From: Cyanophora paradoxa CCMP329
Taxonomy: Eukaryota > Plantae > Glaucophyta
Direction of reading: 5' to 3'
Assembly (NCBI GenBank): GCA_004431415.1
Contig: QPMI01000099.1
Span: 186,001 to 250,000, forward strand
DNA length: 64,000 bases
The translations under genes were made by a program, and so were the position numbers. The notes beneath the pieces were generated by a model. The model did not search any database, was not told where the DNA came from, and saw only the letters and a list, made by a program, of their open reading frames with translations. Positions 52,955 through 64,000 of this stretch are shown piece after piece. The stretch's first letter is position 1; every line of letters begins with the position of its first letter.

Positions 52955-53975
52955 ATTAGTCTAATTTAATTCATGATCACTGAGTCAGGATTTCTGTGGA
53001 GCTGCTAATTGTAACATGCCACAAACGCTAGCGACGATGCGGCCGCGGGGGATCCGGATTAGCGCTAATCTCCCCCTTCGATATTCTGCAGAATTCGAAG
53101 ATCCTTTAATAATGGAGTTCCTGCATGGCCCAAAACAAGTAACATTATTAATATTCAAGCACGTGGGCGATATCGATCGCGATGGCCATGGGCCAGCACT
53201 GATCCAGCATGCGCAGCCGGTCGCTGACCCGTGCACGTGCGGCCGGGGCCGTGCGGCATGCATATGCATATATATATCATCACTAGAATTGATCATGATG
53301 CACGAGCTCGAGCGCTGGTCCGGGCCCGACGGTCCCATATGTTAAAATTGTTTAAACCGTGAACGAGTCACACTGATCATGAGTGCGCGGCGTATACGTA
53401 CTACGCGCTACGTATCATAGTATATACGCGTACGACGGGGCCTGAGGCCAATCCGCCGGGCCCGGCGGCCGCCCGGCCCGCGCACGGCCGCCGGGAGGCC
53501 GGATGGGAACTGCTATTGAATCCGGCTGGGACTTGGCCCCATGGAGTCGAGTGAAGGGCCAGCCCGGCCAGGCCCTGAGGGCATTTTCATGCGCGTCTCA
53601 GTCTGAACTGCGGCGCCGGCTGAAGGCCCCTTTGTTATATTTAATTAGGCTCCGGTCCGGATCGTCGTTACGTGAATTCCGAGCATGCATTAGTTTAATT
53701 CAGGATTTCTGCGGAGCTGCTAGCGCTAATTGTAACATGCCACAAACGCTAGCGACGATGCGGGGGATTAGCGCTAATCTCCGGTCCCCCCTCGATATTC
53801 TGCACAATTCGGATCCTTTAATAATTAATGGAGTTCCTGGCCTAAAACAAGTAACATTATTAATATTCAAGCACGTGGGCGATATCGATGGGCCAGCACT
53901 GATCCAGCAGCCGGTCGCTGACCCGTGCCGGCGCCGCCGGGGCCGCCGTGCGGCATGCATATATATGCATATATA

Positions 53976-54200
53976 CTGTAGGAATGCATTTTTAGCCGAT
54001 GTTTTAAATTGCCGTATATTGCCGAGAGGCCGGATTCGGCAATTTTAAGCCACGGCAATTCTCAGGGGGTAGGGCTAAATGGCCGCTTTTGTATGGCGCC
54101 ATAGAAGAAATCCAAAGTTTCGGCAATTTATCGTCACGGCAATTCCGGTTTTGGTCGAATTCGGCAATTTAACTACGCGGCAATTTAAGCATTCCTACAG
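53976..54200. mobile_element. 225-bp MITE with TA TSD (Tc1/mariner-like)
   Basis: TIR ctgtaggaatgc/gcattcctacag with TA on both sides. About eight internal cggcaat(t) motifs in both orientations. The empty site is present in sister units. Confidence 0.9.
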
Positions 54201-56402
54201 TATCATCACTAGAATTGATCATGATGCACGAGCTCGAGCGCTCAGCGGCTGGTCCGGGCCCGACGGTCCGTACTACGCGCTACGCGTACGACGGGGCCTG
54301 AGGCCAATCCGCCCGGCCCGCGCTACGCGTACGACGGGGCCTGAGGCCAATCTGCCCGGCCCGTGGCCGGACGGGAACTGCTATTGAATCCGGCTGGGAC
54401 TTGGCCCCATGGATGGAGTCGAGTGAAGGGCCAGGCCCTGAGGGCATTTTCATGCGCGTCTCAGTCTGAACTGCGGCTGAAGGCCCCTTTGTTATATTTA
54501 ATTAGGCTCCGGATCGTCGTTACGTGAATTCCGAGCGTGCATTAGTTTAATTCAGGATTTCTGCGGAGCTGCTAATTGTAACATGCCACAAACGCTAGCG
54601 ATCGACGAATCGCCGACGATATCGATGCGGGGGATTAGCGCTAATCGCCCCCCTCGATATTCTGCAGAATTCGAAGATTCTTTAATAATGGAGTTCCTGG
54701 CCTAAAAAAAGTAACATTATTAATATTCAAGCACGTGGGCGATATCGATGGGCCAGCACTGATCCAGCAGCCGGTCGCTGACCCGTGCCGGCGCCGCCGG
54801 GGCCGTGCGGCATGCATATGCATATATATCATCACTAGAATTGATCATGATGCACGAGCTCGAGCGCTCAGCGGCTGGTCCGGGCCCGACGGTCCCATAT
54901 GTTAAAATTGTTTAAACCGTGAACGAGTCACACTGAGTGCGCGGCGTACGTATACGTACTACGCGCTACGCGTACGACGGGGCCTGAGGCCAATCCGCCC
55001 GGCCCGCGGCCGGACGGGAACTGCTATTGAATCCGGCTGGGACTTGGCCCCATGGAGTCGAGTGAAGGGCCAGGCCCTGAGGGCATTTTCATGCGCGTCT
55101 CAGTCTGAACTGCGGCTGAAGGCCCCTTTGTTATATTTAATTAGGCTCCGGATCGTCGTGAATTCCGAGCGTGCATTAGTTTAATTCAGGATTTCTGCGG
55201 AGCTGCTAATTGTAACATGCCACAAACGCTAGCGACGATGCGGGGGATTAGCGCTAATCTCCCCCCTCGATATTCTGCAGAATTCAAAGATCCTTTAATA
55301 ATGGAGTTCCTGGCCTAAAAAAAGTAACATTATTGATATTCAAGCACGTGGGCGATATCGATGGGCCAGCACTGATCCAGCAGCCGGTCGCTGACCCGTG
55401 CCGGCGCCGCCGGGGCCGTGCGGCATGCATATGCATATATATCATCACTAGAATTGATCATGATCCACGAGCTCGAGCGCTCAGCGGCTGGTCCGGGCCC
55501 GACGGTCCCATATGTTAAAATTGTTTAAACCGTGAACGAGTCACACTGAGTGCGCGGCGTACGTATACGTACTACGCGCTACGCGTACGACGGGGCCTGA
55601 GGCCAATCGATATCCGCCCGGCCCGCGGCCGGACGGGAACTGCTATTGAATCCGGCTGGGACTTGGCCCCATGGAGTCGAGTGAAGGGCCAGGCCCTGAG
55701 GGCATTTTCATGCGCGTCTCAGTCTGAACTGCGGCTGAAGGCCCCTTTGTTATATTTAATTAGGCTCCGGATCGTCGTGAATTCCGAGCGTGCATTAGTT
55801 TAATTCAGGATTTCTGCGGAGCTGCTAATTGTAACATGCCACAAACGCTAGCGACGATGCGGGGGATTAGCGCTAATCTCCCCCCTCGATATTCTGCAGA
55901 ATTCAAAGATCCTTTAATAATGGAGTTCCTGGCCTAAAAAAAGTAACATTATTAATATTCAAGCACGTGGGCGATATCGATGGGCCAGCACTGATCCAGC
56001 AGCCGGTCGCTGACCCGTGCCGGCGCCGCCGGGGCCGTGCGGCATGCATATGCATATATATCATCACTAGAATTGATCATGATGCACGAGCTCGAGCGCT
56101 CAGCGGCTGGTCCGGGCCCGACGGTCCCATATGTTAAAATTGTTTAAACCGTGAACGAGTCACACTGAGTGCGCGGCGTACGTATACGTACTACGCGCTA
56201 CGCGTACGACGGGGCCTGAGGCCAATCCGCCCGGCCCGCGGCCGGACGGGAACTGCTATTGAATCCGGCTGGGACTTGGCCCCATGGAGTCGAGTGAAGG
56301 GCCAGGCCCTGAGGGCATTTTCATGCGCGTCTCAGTCTGAACTGCGGCTGAAGGCCCCTTTGTTATATTTAATTAGGCTCCGGATCGTCGTTACGTGAAT
56401 TC

Positions 56403-57523
56403 AACCTTGCCTCCCGATGCCGATCCGTCCCTTGTCCATGTGTCTCGGCGCCTGCGGCTTTCCTCTCCTGTACCTTCGGCTTCCCCTCTGGCTGTCCCGC
56501 CAGATCCACCTCGCCCGCCGGTTCCTGCATGGCCCCCTTTGATTCATGATAGTCTTGTATCAATCTTCGCTTCACCTCAACTTAGTTTACCCTCAGTTGT
56601 TTTGCCGTCACCTCCATCAGATGCTTCACTGAGTCATCGATGTTAGTTAGGAGCACTGGCCCCCTCCACCTTCCAGTTCCTCGTGTATTCCATGCCTTCC
56701 CTGTACCTTTGATTCCGTTCCCTTTGTCGTTAGCTCTGCCTCTTCCTCCTCCATCTCTCACTGTTAGCCCTCAGGCAGTTCCGCCTCTTTATCTTCAGCG
56801 ACCGTCAGACCGTATAGTTTTTGGCAGCGAGTATTTTGTGTATGGTGACGTTCCTCGTGTGTACCCTTCTCTCTCTTCTACTTCGCTATATTTGCCTCTC
56901 CCGCCTGGTTCAGCCCCATCGTCTGCCTTCCCTGTCACTACTGGCTTGCGTTTCGCCCCTCCTCTTATACTGCCGATTCCGAGTCTGCACCCGAGCTCTG
57001 CCCCTTTCCTCGTGTCGTCCCCAGTTCCTCAGATTAGTCTTCAGCCGTCCATTGTTTTACCAACTCTACAATCTCGATTCCGTTTAGACACTCCGCCAGC
57101 TTCGACTTTCCCCTCTAGTGGTGTCCTCCGTTTCGCTTCTCCTACTGTTCTACCGCCTTTGCCTCCTGCGACTACGTCTTCTAGTTCTGCTGTTAGCTCT
57201 GTCTTGTCGTCTTCGTCTAGATCTTCGTCTTCGACTGTAGTTCCTCGTGCTCGTTCTCCTTATTTGCTGCGTCCCCGTGCTCCTCGTCGTTCTAGTGTGA
57301 CTAGTACTTCTGTGTCGACGCCCTTGCGCTCTTCTACTCCTTCTCCTCGTGCTCGTTCTCCTTATCTTTTGCGTTCTTCTGATCGTGTCCCTTCTCGTGC
57401 TCCCTCTTGATTCTGTATATATTTTGTGCTAGTTTACTGTATCTTTGATTTGTGATTGCTTTGTTGTCTTTAATATCACTACCTACGGGGGGTTCGCCCC
57501 ACCGTAGTCTCTCAAAAAAAAAA
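56403..57523 (+). mobile_element. 5'-truncated non-LTR-type retroposon (copy a)
   Basis: Perfect 16-bp TSD gtcgttacgtgaattc (56387-56402, 57524-57539), 10-nt poly(A), and gaattc microhomology at the 5' junction. Near-identical to 59901-61011. Confidence 0.92.
56640..57410 (+). CDS. Ser/Pro/Arg-rich 3' ORF of the retroposon with two RARSPYLLR motifs
   Basis: 256-aa ORF, conserved in copy b (60198-60899) apart from a 1-nt indel near the start. Coding status is unproven. Confidence 0.4.
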   Translation: MLVRSTGPLHLPVPRVFHAFPVPLIPFPLSLALPLPPPSLTVSPQAVPPLYLQRPSDRIVFGSEYFVYGDVPRVYPSLSSTSLYLPLPPGSAPSSAFPVTTGLRFAPPLILPIPSLHPSSAPFLVSSPVPQISLQPSIVLPTLQSRFRLDTPPASTFPSSGVLRFASPTVLPPLPPATTSSSSAVSSVLSSSSRSSSSTVVPRARSPYLLRPRAPRRSSVTSTSVSTPLRSSTPSPRARSPYLLRSSDRVPSRAPS

Positions 57524-58114
57524 GTCGTTACGTGAATTCCGAGCGTGCATTAGTTTAATTCAGGATTTCTGCGGAGCTGGTAATTGTAACATGCCACAAA
57601 CGCTAGCGACGATGCGGGGGATTAGCGCTAATCTCCCCCCTCGATATTCTGCAGATTTCGAAGATCTATTTTTAATAATGGAGTTCCTGGCCCAAAACAT
57701 GCAAGAATCTTCAAGCTTCTGAAAGAACGAGGCTCTCTTGCGACTGAACAAAGATAAGCTATGAAGACCGTCCACAGTGGAAGGTGCGACGGCAATGTAT
57801 GGCACTGGAACGTTAACGGCAGCACCCCCGCAAGGATCGGAAAGTATTAATGCGCGCCCGGGAATATACACTTCAAATGATGGCCATGGTGCTAATGTCT
57901 CCCGTTTGTGTGGTGTATACGTACAATCTCTAACAACCTTCGATGTGTGGTGTATACGTAAGCCTGCCGATAGTGCTTCGAACAACTGCTGCCGCTTCTG
58001 CGTAGACTGCTGCTGCTGTTGCATTCGTTGCCGCTCAGCGGCTGCTATTTTCCGATTGGTGTTGTTGTTTCTGCTGCGAATCTTTCAGCCGGGCGCACTT
58101 GTCGGATCCGGAGG

Positions 58115-61100
58115 CTAGGCCCGCGGCACTGGCTCGGGAAACATATCCTGGATGGCGGCCTGAGCTTCTAAGACCTCCTCGAGACACCCGCAGTCGACGT
58201 CTTCGTCTGCGCCGTGGTCGCGTTTCAGCCAGCGCTCCTCATGCGTGTCGTCCCGTATCTCGAACTCCACATGCACGGCGACCTCCGATCGCAAGCCTTG
58301 TAGAATCTGTGATGATTCGAAGGCCTTGGCATATAATCACAAAGTTCAACGGAATCGTCTATGTAAATATGAAGGAGAGATCTAGAGGCGTGAATTAGAT
58401 TAAGCGTATAGGTTAAGAATTCGAATCATCATTTCGCTTCAGCTTGAATTTAAACTTTCAGGCTTCGAACCTGGAAAGGCCGGGCATAGTCCAGAGCGCG
58501 AAAGCAGGTTTCATTGTTGTGCCGCGCTTCGCACGCGATGCGAAGTCGCTCGAGGGACGGCAGCTGCAGGATCGCCTCCGCGACAGACTCCACCAGCCGG
58601 CCGCCGTACACGAGGTTCATGTCAAGGTCCGTGATGGCGTTCCGCACGCCAGCACTCCTGAGCAGGTCGACGATGCAATCGTACTCGTCCGGATTGTCAC
58701 CAGCCCAGAGCATGTCCTTCTTAAACGACAGCCTGAGCCTCTCCAGATTGGGCAAGCTGGAGAGCTGCTGCGCGATGGCATCGAGGATTCGGACGTCGTG
58801 CACGTGTTTATCGTCTATCTCGATTCCAACCACCAAAGAAAGCTCTCGCAGGCTCTGCATGCGCCCCAGGATTGAAACGAACTTGAATTGCGCTTTCGAA
58901 TGCCATCCATCCCAACAGAGCTGCGCGCGCATGCGCAATTGCAATTGAGTTACTTCAGTTACGTATACTTCTGGCCACCTCAACCCAACATATGCATGCA
59001 TATATTTGGTATACGTATACGTTTATCAAATCCGATAATTTACTTGCTGAGCGGGTACCAGTGTACTCCGTTAATGCTCTGCTAAACCTGTGGAAACGTT
59101 TTCTGGATATTCTCGAGATTACGTTGCCTCCTGCTGTCGAGCGCATTGAGCTTCTTCGTTTACGGCATTTAGGGGAGGGCTCTGATTACGATGGTTCAAA
59201 CCCTGAGTCACGTGACCGCCCTAGCCCCCCTCAATCTATTTTTGATGCGAGCTTCTTTTCTGTGCGCGGAGCTATCCCTCTACAGCGCTCGGGCCCCCCA
59301 GCAGTCGCGGTCCCGGGCCCCCCTGCAGTCGCTACCCCTAGGCCTGCTGCTACAGTTAATGGCGTCGGCGTGAATCCTCAAGTTCAGCACATTGCGAGGC
59401 CATCTGCTAGCGCTGATACAGCTTCGGTCCCGGCTCCCTCGAGTTCTCGTTTGAGCTCGTCTGCCGATGCTAGCGCTAGCGCCGCTTCTGCCTCCACATT
59501 AATATGCCCTATTTGTGGGAAGAACTTTCAGTCTTCTGCTGATCGTGACCGTCATGTTCGGGCTGATAAACATCCTGCTAACGCCCGTGGCGTTCGCCGA
59601 CCTCGAACCCCCTCTAGTTCAGAGAATCCTCCAGATCCTGTGCCTCCTGCCCAGCGCCCCCGCCTCCAGTCTCCGGATCCGGCACCCCCAGTGCTTGCTC
59701 CAGCTCCTGCAGCTGCGGCTACATATGCCGAGCCCCGTCAGCCTAGGCCTGTTCCGACTTTGCGACGGATTCGCTCCCCTGCACCCTCACCGTCGCCACC
59801 TGCTCAGCGGCTCCGTACTTCCCTGCCCCCCCCTAGTCCTTCTCTGATACCTTCCGTTTCACGAATCCGCCGCCCCCGGTCTCCGTCGAACTCGGAATTC
59901 AACCTTGCCTCCCGATGCCGATCCGTCCCTTGTCCATGTGTCTCGGCGCCTGCGGCTTTCCTCTCCTGTACCTTCGGCTTCCCCTCTGGCTGTCCCGCCA
60001 GATCCACCTCGCCCGCCGGTTCCTGCATGGCCCCCTTTGATTCATGATAGTCTTGTATCAATCTTCGCTTCACCTCAACTTAGTTTACCCTCAGTTGTTT
60101 TGCCGTCACCTCCATCAGATGCTTCATCGATGTTAGTTAGGAGCACTGGCCCCTCCACCTTCCAGTTCCTCGTGTATTCCATGCCTTCCCTGTACCTTTG
60201 ATTCCGTTCCCTTTGTCGTTAGCTCTGCCTCTTCCTCCTCCATCTCTCACTGTTAGCCCTCAGGCAGTTCCGCCTCTTTATCTTCAGCGACCGTCAGACC
60301 GTATAGTTTTTGGCAGCGAGTATTTTGTGTATGGTGACGTTCCTCGTGTGTACCCTTCTCTCTCTTCTACTTCGCTATATTTGCCTCTCCCGCCTGGTTC
60401 AGCCCCATCGTCTGCCTTCCCTGTCACTACTGGCTTGCGTTTCGCCCCTCCTCTTATACTGCCGATTCCGAGTCTGCACCCGAGCTCTGCCCCTTTCCTC
60501 GTGTCGTCCCCAGTTCCTCAGATTAGTCTTCAGCCGTCCATTGTTTTACCAACTCTACAATCTCGATTCCGTTTAGACACTCCGCCAGCTTCGACTTTCC
60601 CCTCTAGTGGTGTCCTCCGTTTCGCTTCTCCTACTGTTCTACCGCCTTTGCCTCCTGCGACTACGTCTTCTAGTTCTGCTGTTAGCTCTGTCTTGTCGTC
60701 TTCGTCTAGATCTTCGTCTTCGACTGTAGTTCCTCGTGCTCGTTCTCCTTATTTGCTGCGTCCCCGTGCTCCTCGTCGTTCTAGTGTGACTAGTACTTCT
60801 GTGTCGACGCCCTTGCGCTCTTCTACTCCTTCTCCTCGTGCTCGTTCTCCTTATCTTTTGCGTTCTTCTGATCGTGTCCCTTCTCGTGCTCCCTCTTGAT
60901 TCTGTATATATTTTGTGCTAGTTTACTGTATCTTTGATTTGTGATTGCTTTGTTGTCTTTAATATCACTACCTACGGGGGGTTCGCCCCACCGTAGTCTC
61001 TCAAAAAAAAATCTATAATATAGCGTTAATATGAATTTATAAAACCTCAAATTCGCACCTCCAGCGTCCCGATCGACTCGAGCTTCGGCATGCGGCTGAT

Positions 61101-63555
61101 CGCCTCCAAAGCATTCGCAGCGTCGTGAGGGACGACTGCGGTGCAATTGGGAGCAGGCCACGGGGCCTCTCCACGTTTCCTCAAGCGCGGAAATTGGCCC
61201 TCCCTGCTCGTGCCGTTGTGTAAGTATTTACGTATACGTTGATTACCATAACGGATTCGGCTTGCACACCTCACCAGCATCCGTTCGCTCACGAAATCAA
61301 CACGACGAAGGGTCTTGCCGGCGGCGCCATCCGCAAGCGCTTGTACGCCGCCAAAAAGCTCGAAATTGGATGAGTACGAATCCATTAGAGTCATGGTCAG
61401 CTGCTCAAGATGCTTTAAAGGAGCAAAGGCCGCTAGCGGCTCGTCTGGATATTGAGGATCCGAACTCGGGGCAAGGCTGGTCGTGACGGAGCGCAGGAGG
61501 GGACAAGCTGCAGCGATGGCCGCTGCGGCTTCTGGTCCCATGCCGGAGTCGAGAATGTTGAAGTAGATCGTGAGAGACTGCAGCTTGCTGAACGGAGCGA
61601 GGACGCAAGCAAGCTCGGCGGCCGACGGCCACAGCAACCTTGCCGCGAGATGAGCTTCGCGATCGTTGTATAGGTTGATTGGATTTTCCATGTCTCCCGT
61701 GAGACCGATGCTGAGCTTCTCCAGGCTGCTGGCTACTGGCGCCGCCCCTGCTGGCCTCGAATTCAGAGCCCGCAGGACGCCAAGGAGGCAGTCGGAGAGA
61801 AAGCTCGCATCCACATAATCATCGATAGCAACATCGCTGTTGCTCACGAAGCTGGCGCGCCCGCCGATCAGCTCCAGAGTGACCTCCCGCAGCTGCGCTG
61901 GGCCGTACGTGCGGCTGATCATGATGGTTTCCAGAAGGCTGCACGCCGCCTGGACAGTGCGCTGGTGGCTCTGCTTGGCTGCGGTGGAGGCGGTGCCGAA
62001 GTACGCGAGCCTGGGGCGGAGCGCGACGCTGGCGCCCTTGCCGAGCCGCACCACCCCCTGCTCGATCAGAGAGGCCACTGCGCTGTATGCATCGACGATA
62101 TCGATATCGCCCGAGCTCGAGCTGCCGCGGCCGCTGGCGTCGACGTCACCGCCCACAGGTTTCGACGTGAGCTCGAGGTTGGCCCACTCCGTCTCCTCGA
62201 TCATCCGGCGCCACCGCCTGCGAGCGTGTAAATTTGAAATTCGGTGTATCGGTTTATAAATATTGGAGGCTAGCTATAGGGCGCCGGCGGACCTGCACAC
62301 GGCGCGCAGGGGCCAGCTCTCCGGCATCCCGAGCGCGTTGAAAACGCTCCCGAAGAGGGCGTCGGGCAGCACGTCCATAGCCACGTGCACGCCCGCCGGC
62401 CCCGCCGGATCGGGATCAGGCTGGGGCGGGGCCTGTGGCGGCCTCGACCGTTAGCTAGAGATTACGCCGCGGCCGCATGCGCAGGCAGAGAAAAGCGCTG
62501 AGAAACTTTTTTATAATTACGCCAGTCGGCTCACTTCGACGCCTGAACGTGGCGTTGGATTCATGTCACCGACATGAAGCTCGTCGTATGACGTCGACGC
62601 TCCCACGTGCACGACTGCGGCCGACTGCTGTGCCACTGCCGCAGCGAGCGTCCCCTCGAGTTTGCAATTGGACCCCTTCGAAGCTTGCTCCAATCGCAAT
62701 TCTGCCGCCGGCGTTCGCGGCCGCTTTCCGAGCGAGAACGATACATCGTTCTCGGGTAGCGCGTTCAGAGCTGGCGTCGACGTCTGCGGCTGTCCGGCCA
62801 CACCGATTATTTTGCGCGACAAGTCGTAGATCTAGATTTAGATCTAGAGGCTAGCTAGAGCTCGAGTTTAATTTGCGTGGGTTCGAATTATTCACTGGCC
62901 ATCATCTCATGATCAAGCGCACCTCGACACCCGCGGCCGATTGCGAGACTGACGTAAGTGCCGATCGCGACCCGCCGGGCCCGGCAGCATGAAATCCAAG
63001 CCATGCCAGGCTGCAGGACGACGCAAATTTGATGATGCTCCCTAGCTTGCTCTGCGGTCCCTTGAATTTATATATCGATATCCGTGTATAAAATAAACGA
63101 ATCGCACCCGAATCGTAGCGAGCGCGCCCAGTGCCGGCGCCGATTGCTGCGCATGCGCATATGCATGCGCCGCCGGCGCCGGCGCCGCCTTCAAGTCGCC
63201 GATCGCGACCGGGTGCGCATGCACGCGATCCACGGCCGCCTGCTACGATTTCAGCGGCTTAAGCTTCCGTTTCGCATCTTCCGCATATATCGAGACATTT
63301 GAGATCTAGAGCGAGCTCGAGGCACCACCTAACCATGAGATCGCTTAAAGCTTTTTATAATTAGCTTACATCTCGCAAATGAGTTTCGATCGGAAGGCGC
63401 GCGCCCGTATGAAGGTTGTCAACTGCACATGCCTGCACGAGAAAGCTCACGATTCGATTCTTCCGACTTTCGAAGAGGCTGCGCACCGCAACGCGAGCGG
63501 GACTCGCCCGCGCCCGCTTCAAAGGCTTTTCTGCACGCTCTCCCGACGACGACAT
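58115..63555 (-). CDS. F-box/LRR-like protein, multi-exon, possibly degenerate at the 3' end
   Basis: F-box motif MDVLPDALFGSVFNALGMPESWPLRAVCR/RWRR (62378-62205). LRR-like strands LEKLSIGL, LQSLTIYF, LEQLTMTL, LRELSLVV, LERLRLSF, LERLRIAC. The intron ~58922-61060 holds a retroposon. The last exon appears frameshifted. Confidence 0.7.
59010..61011 (+). mobile_element. Longer copy (b) of the same retroposon, antisense in an intron of the F-box gene; the ORF remnant carries a C2H2 zinc finger
   Basis: Poly(A) at 61003-61011 after the hairpin ctacgg-gggg-ttcg-cccc-a-ccgtag. ORF 58992-60047 contains CPICGKNFQSSADRDRHVRADKH. The 5' boundary and TSD were not resolved. Confidence 0.8.
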
Positions 63556-64000
63556 GCATATAAATGAGCGGCGTGGATCGAGCTCTGCGCGACTCGATGA
63601 TTCAAGATCACAATTGCAATCAGCAGAATTTGGATTCGGATTCTATAGAGACGCATGCGCATACGCACCAGGCGTACAGCTGAGCGCTCTGAGTCGATTT
63701 TTCACGCTCTGACTGAGCGCGCTGGGTGATCGACTTTGATCGATCGAATTCCGGGATCCCGCCGCTTTGTTCTCCTCTTAAGCTTTTTCGAATTTTAGCG
63801 GAAGTTTCTCGAGCTCTCCTCGATTAACTAGCAGACCGCGCCCGGCCGTGTGCAAGTGCGGCAAGTGCGGGCCGCGCGCGGAGGTGCAAGGGGGGGTACT
63901 TGTACAAATTCAGGGTTGGAATACAGGGTACAGGGGCGGCGGGCCCGGAAGCAGGTGGACCGGCAGGTGGCGCCGGGCCCCCGGCCCTGCACACCGCCTA

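Larger units (their letters stand above)
52703..57698. repeat. Tandem array of a ~613-619-bp unit (5 full copies plus a partial one), with nested insertions
   Basis: The anchor gcattagtttaattcaggattt recurs at ~52709 (split), 53687, 54539, 55173, 55792 and 57547. Each unit has the palindrome gattagcgctaatc within a G/C stem. Confidence 0.95.

Noticed and set aside
52703-57698. CRISPR array or tandem RNA-gene cluster (5S, U snRNA, spliced leader, tRNA)
   Set aside because: Whole units repeat with no unique spacers, and I could not recognise 5S, U1/U2/U6, Sm-site or cloverleaf motifs.
57560-58024. 154-aa minus-strand ORF running into the last satellite unit
   Set aside because: No recognisable domain; it lies 3' of the likely F-box gene stop and could be UTR.
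58992-60047. Host C2H2 transcription-factor gene
   Set aside because: It lies within a poly(A) element whose 3' part is duplicated with a TSD at 56403-57523, antisense in an intron.
63830-64000. Possible start of another mobile element
   Set aside because: Truncated by the window edge; no terminal signature can be verified.

Overview
Eukaryotic nuclear DNA from a GC-rich, intron-dense genome, probably a flagellated protist or alga. Introns are about 50-100 nt and many have GC donors, so most long ORFs in the track are GC-rich noise or single exons. The window holds: (1) a CEP104-N-terminal-like gene (minus, ~0.7-3.2 kb); (2) a head-to-head pair of giant multi-exon cell-surface protein genes, gene A (minus, 4984-19107; signal peptide, many GCC2/GCC3-type Cys-rich repeats, three TM helices) and gene B (plus, 21670-40227; signal peptide, ~28 exon-sized beta-sandwich-like repeats, three Kelch-like propellers, one TM), with recent internal duplications in gene B; (3) an 11.5-kb inverted-repeat mosaic (40.5-52.1 kb) carrying a DIRS-type tyrosine-recombinase fragment, a poly(A) element encoding a Ulp1/SUMO-type protease, and a captured piece of the CEP104-like gene; (4) a ~615-bp tandem array hit by two MITEs and a retroposon; (5) an F-box/LRR-like gene with a retroposon in one intron. 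The most striking signal is a recurrent, stereotyped mutation, XYZ -> XYZ-revcomp(XYZ)-XYZ (+6 nt). It is visible directly by comparing repeat copies and fits hairpin-type excision footprints of a 3-bp-TSD transposon, one of which is present in the window. All calls were made by eye with no database searches; exon boundaries beyond those quoted are approximate.
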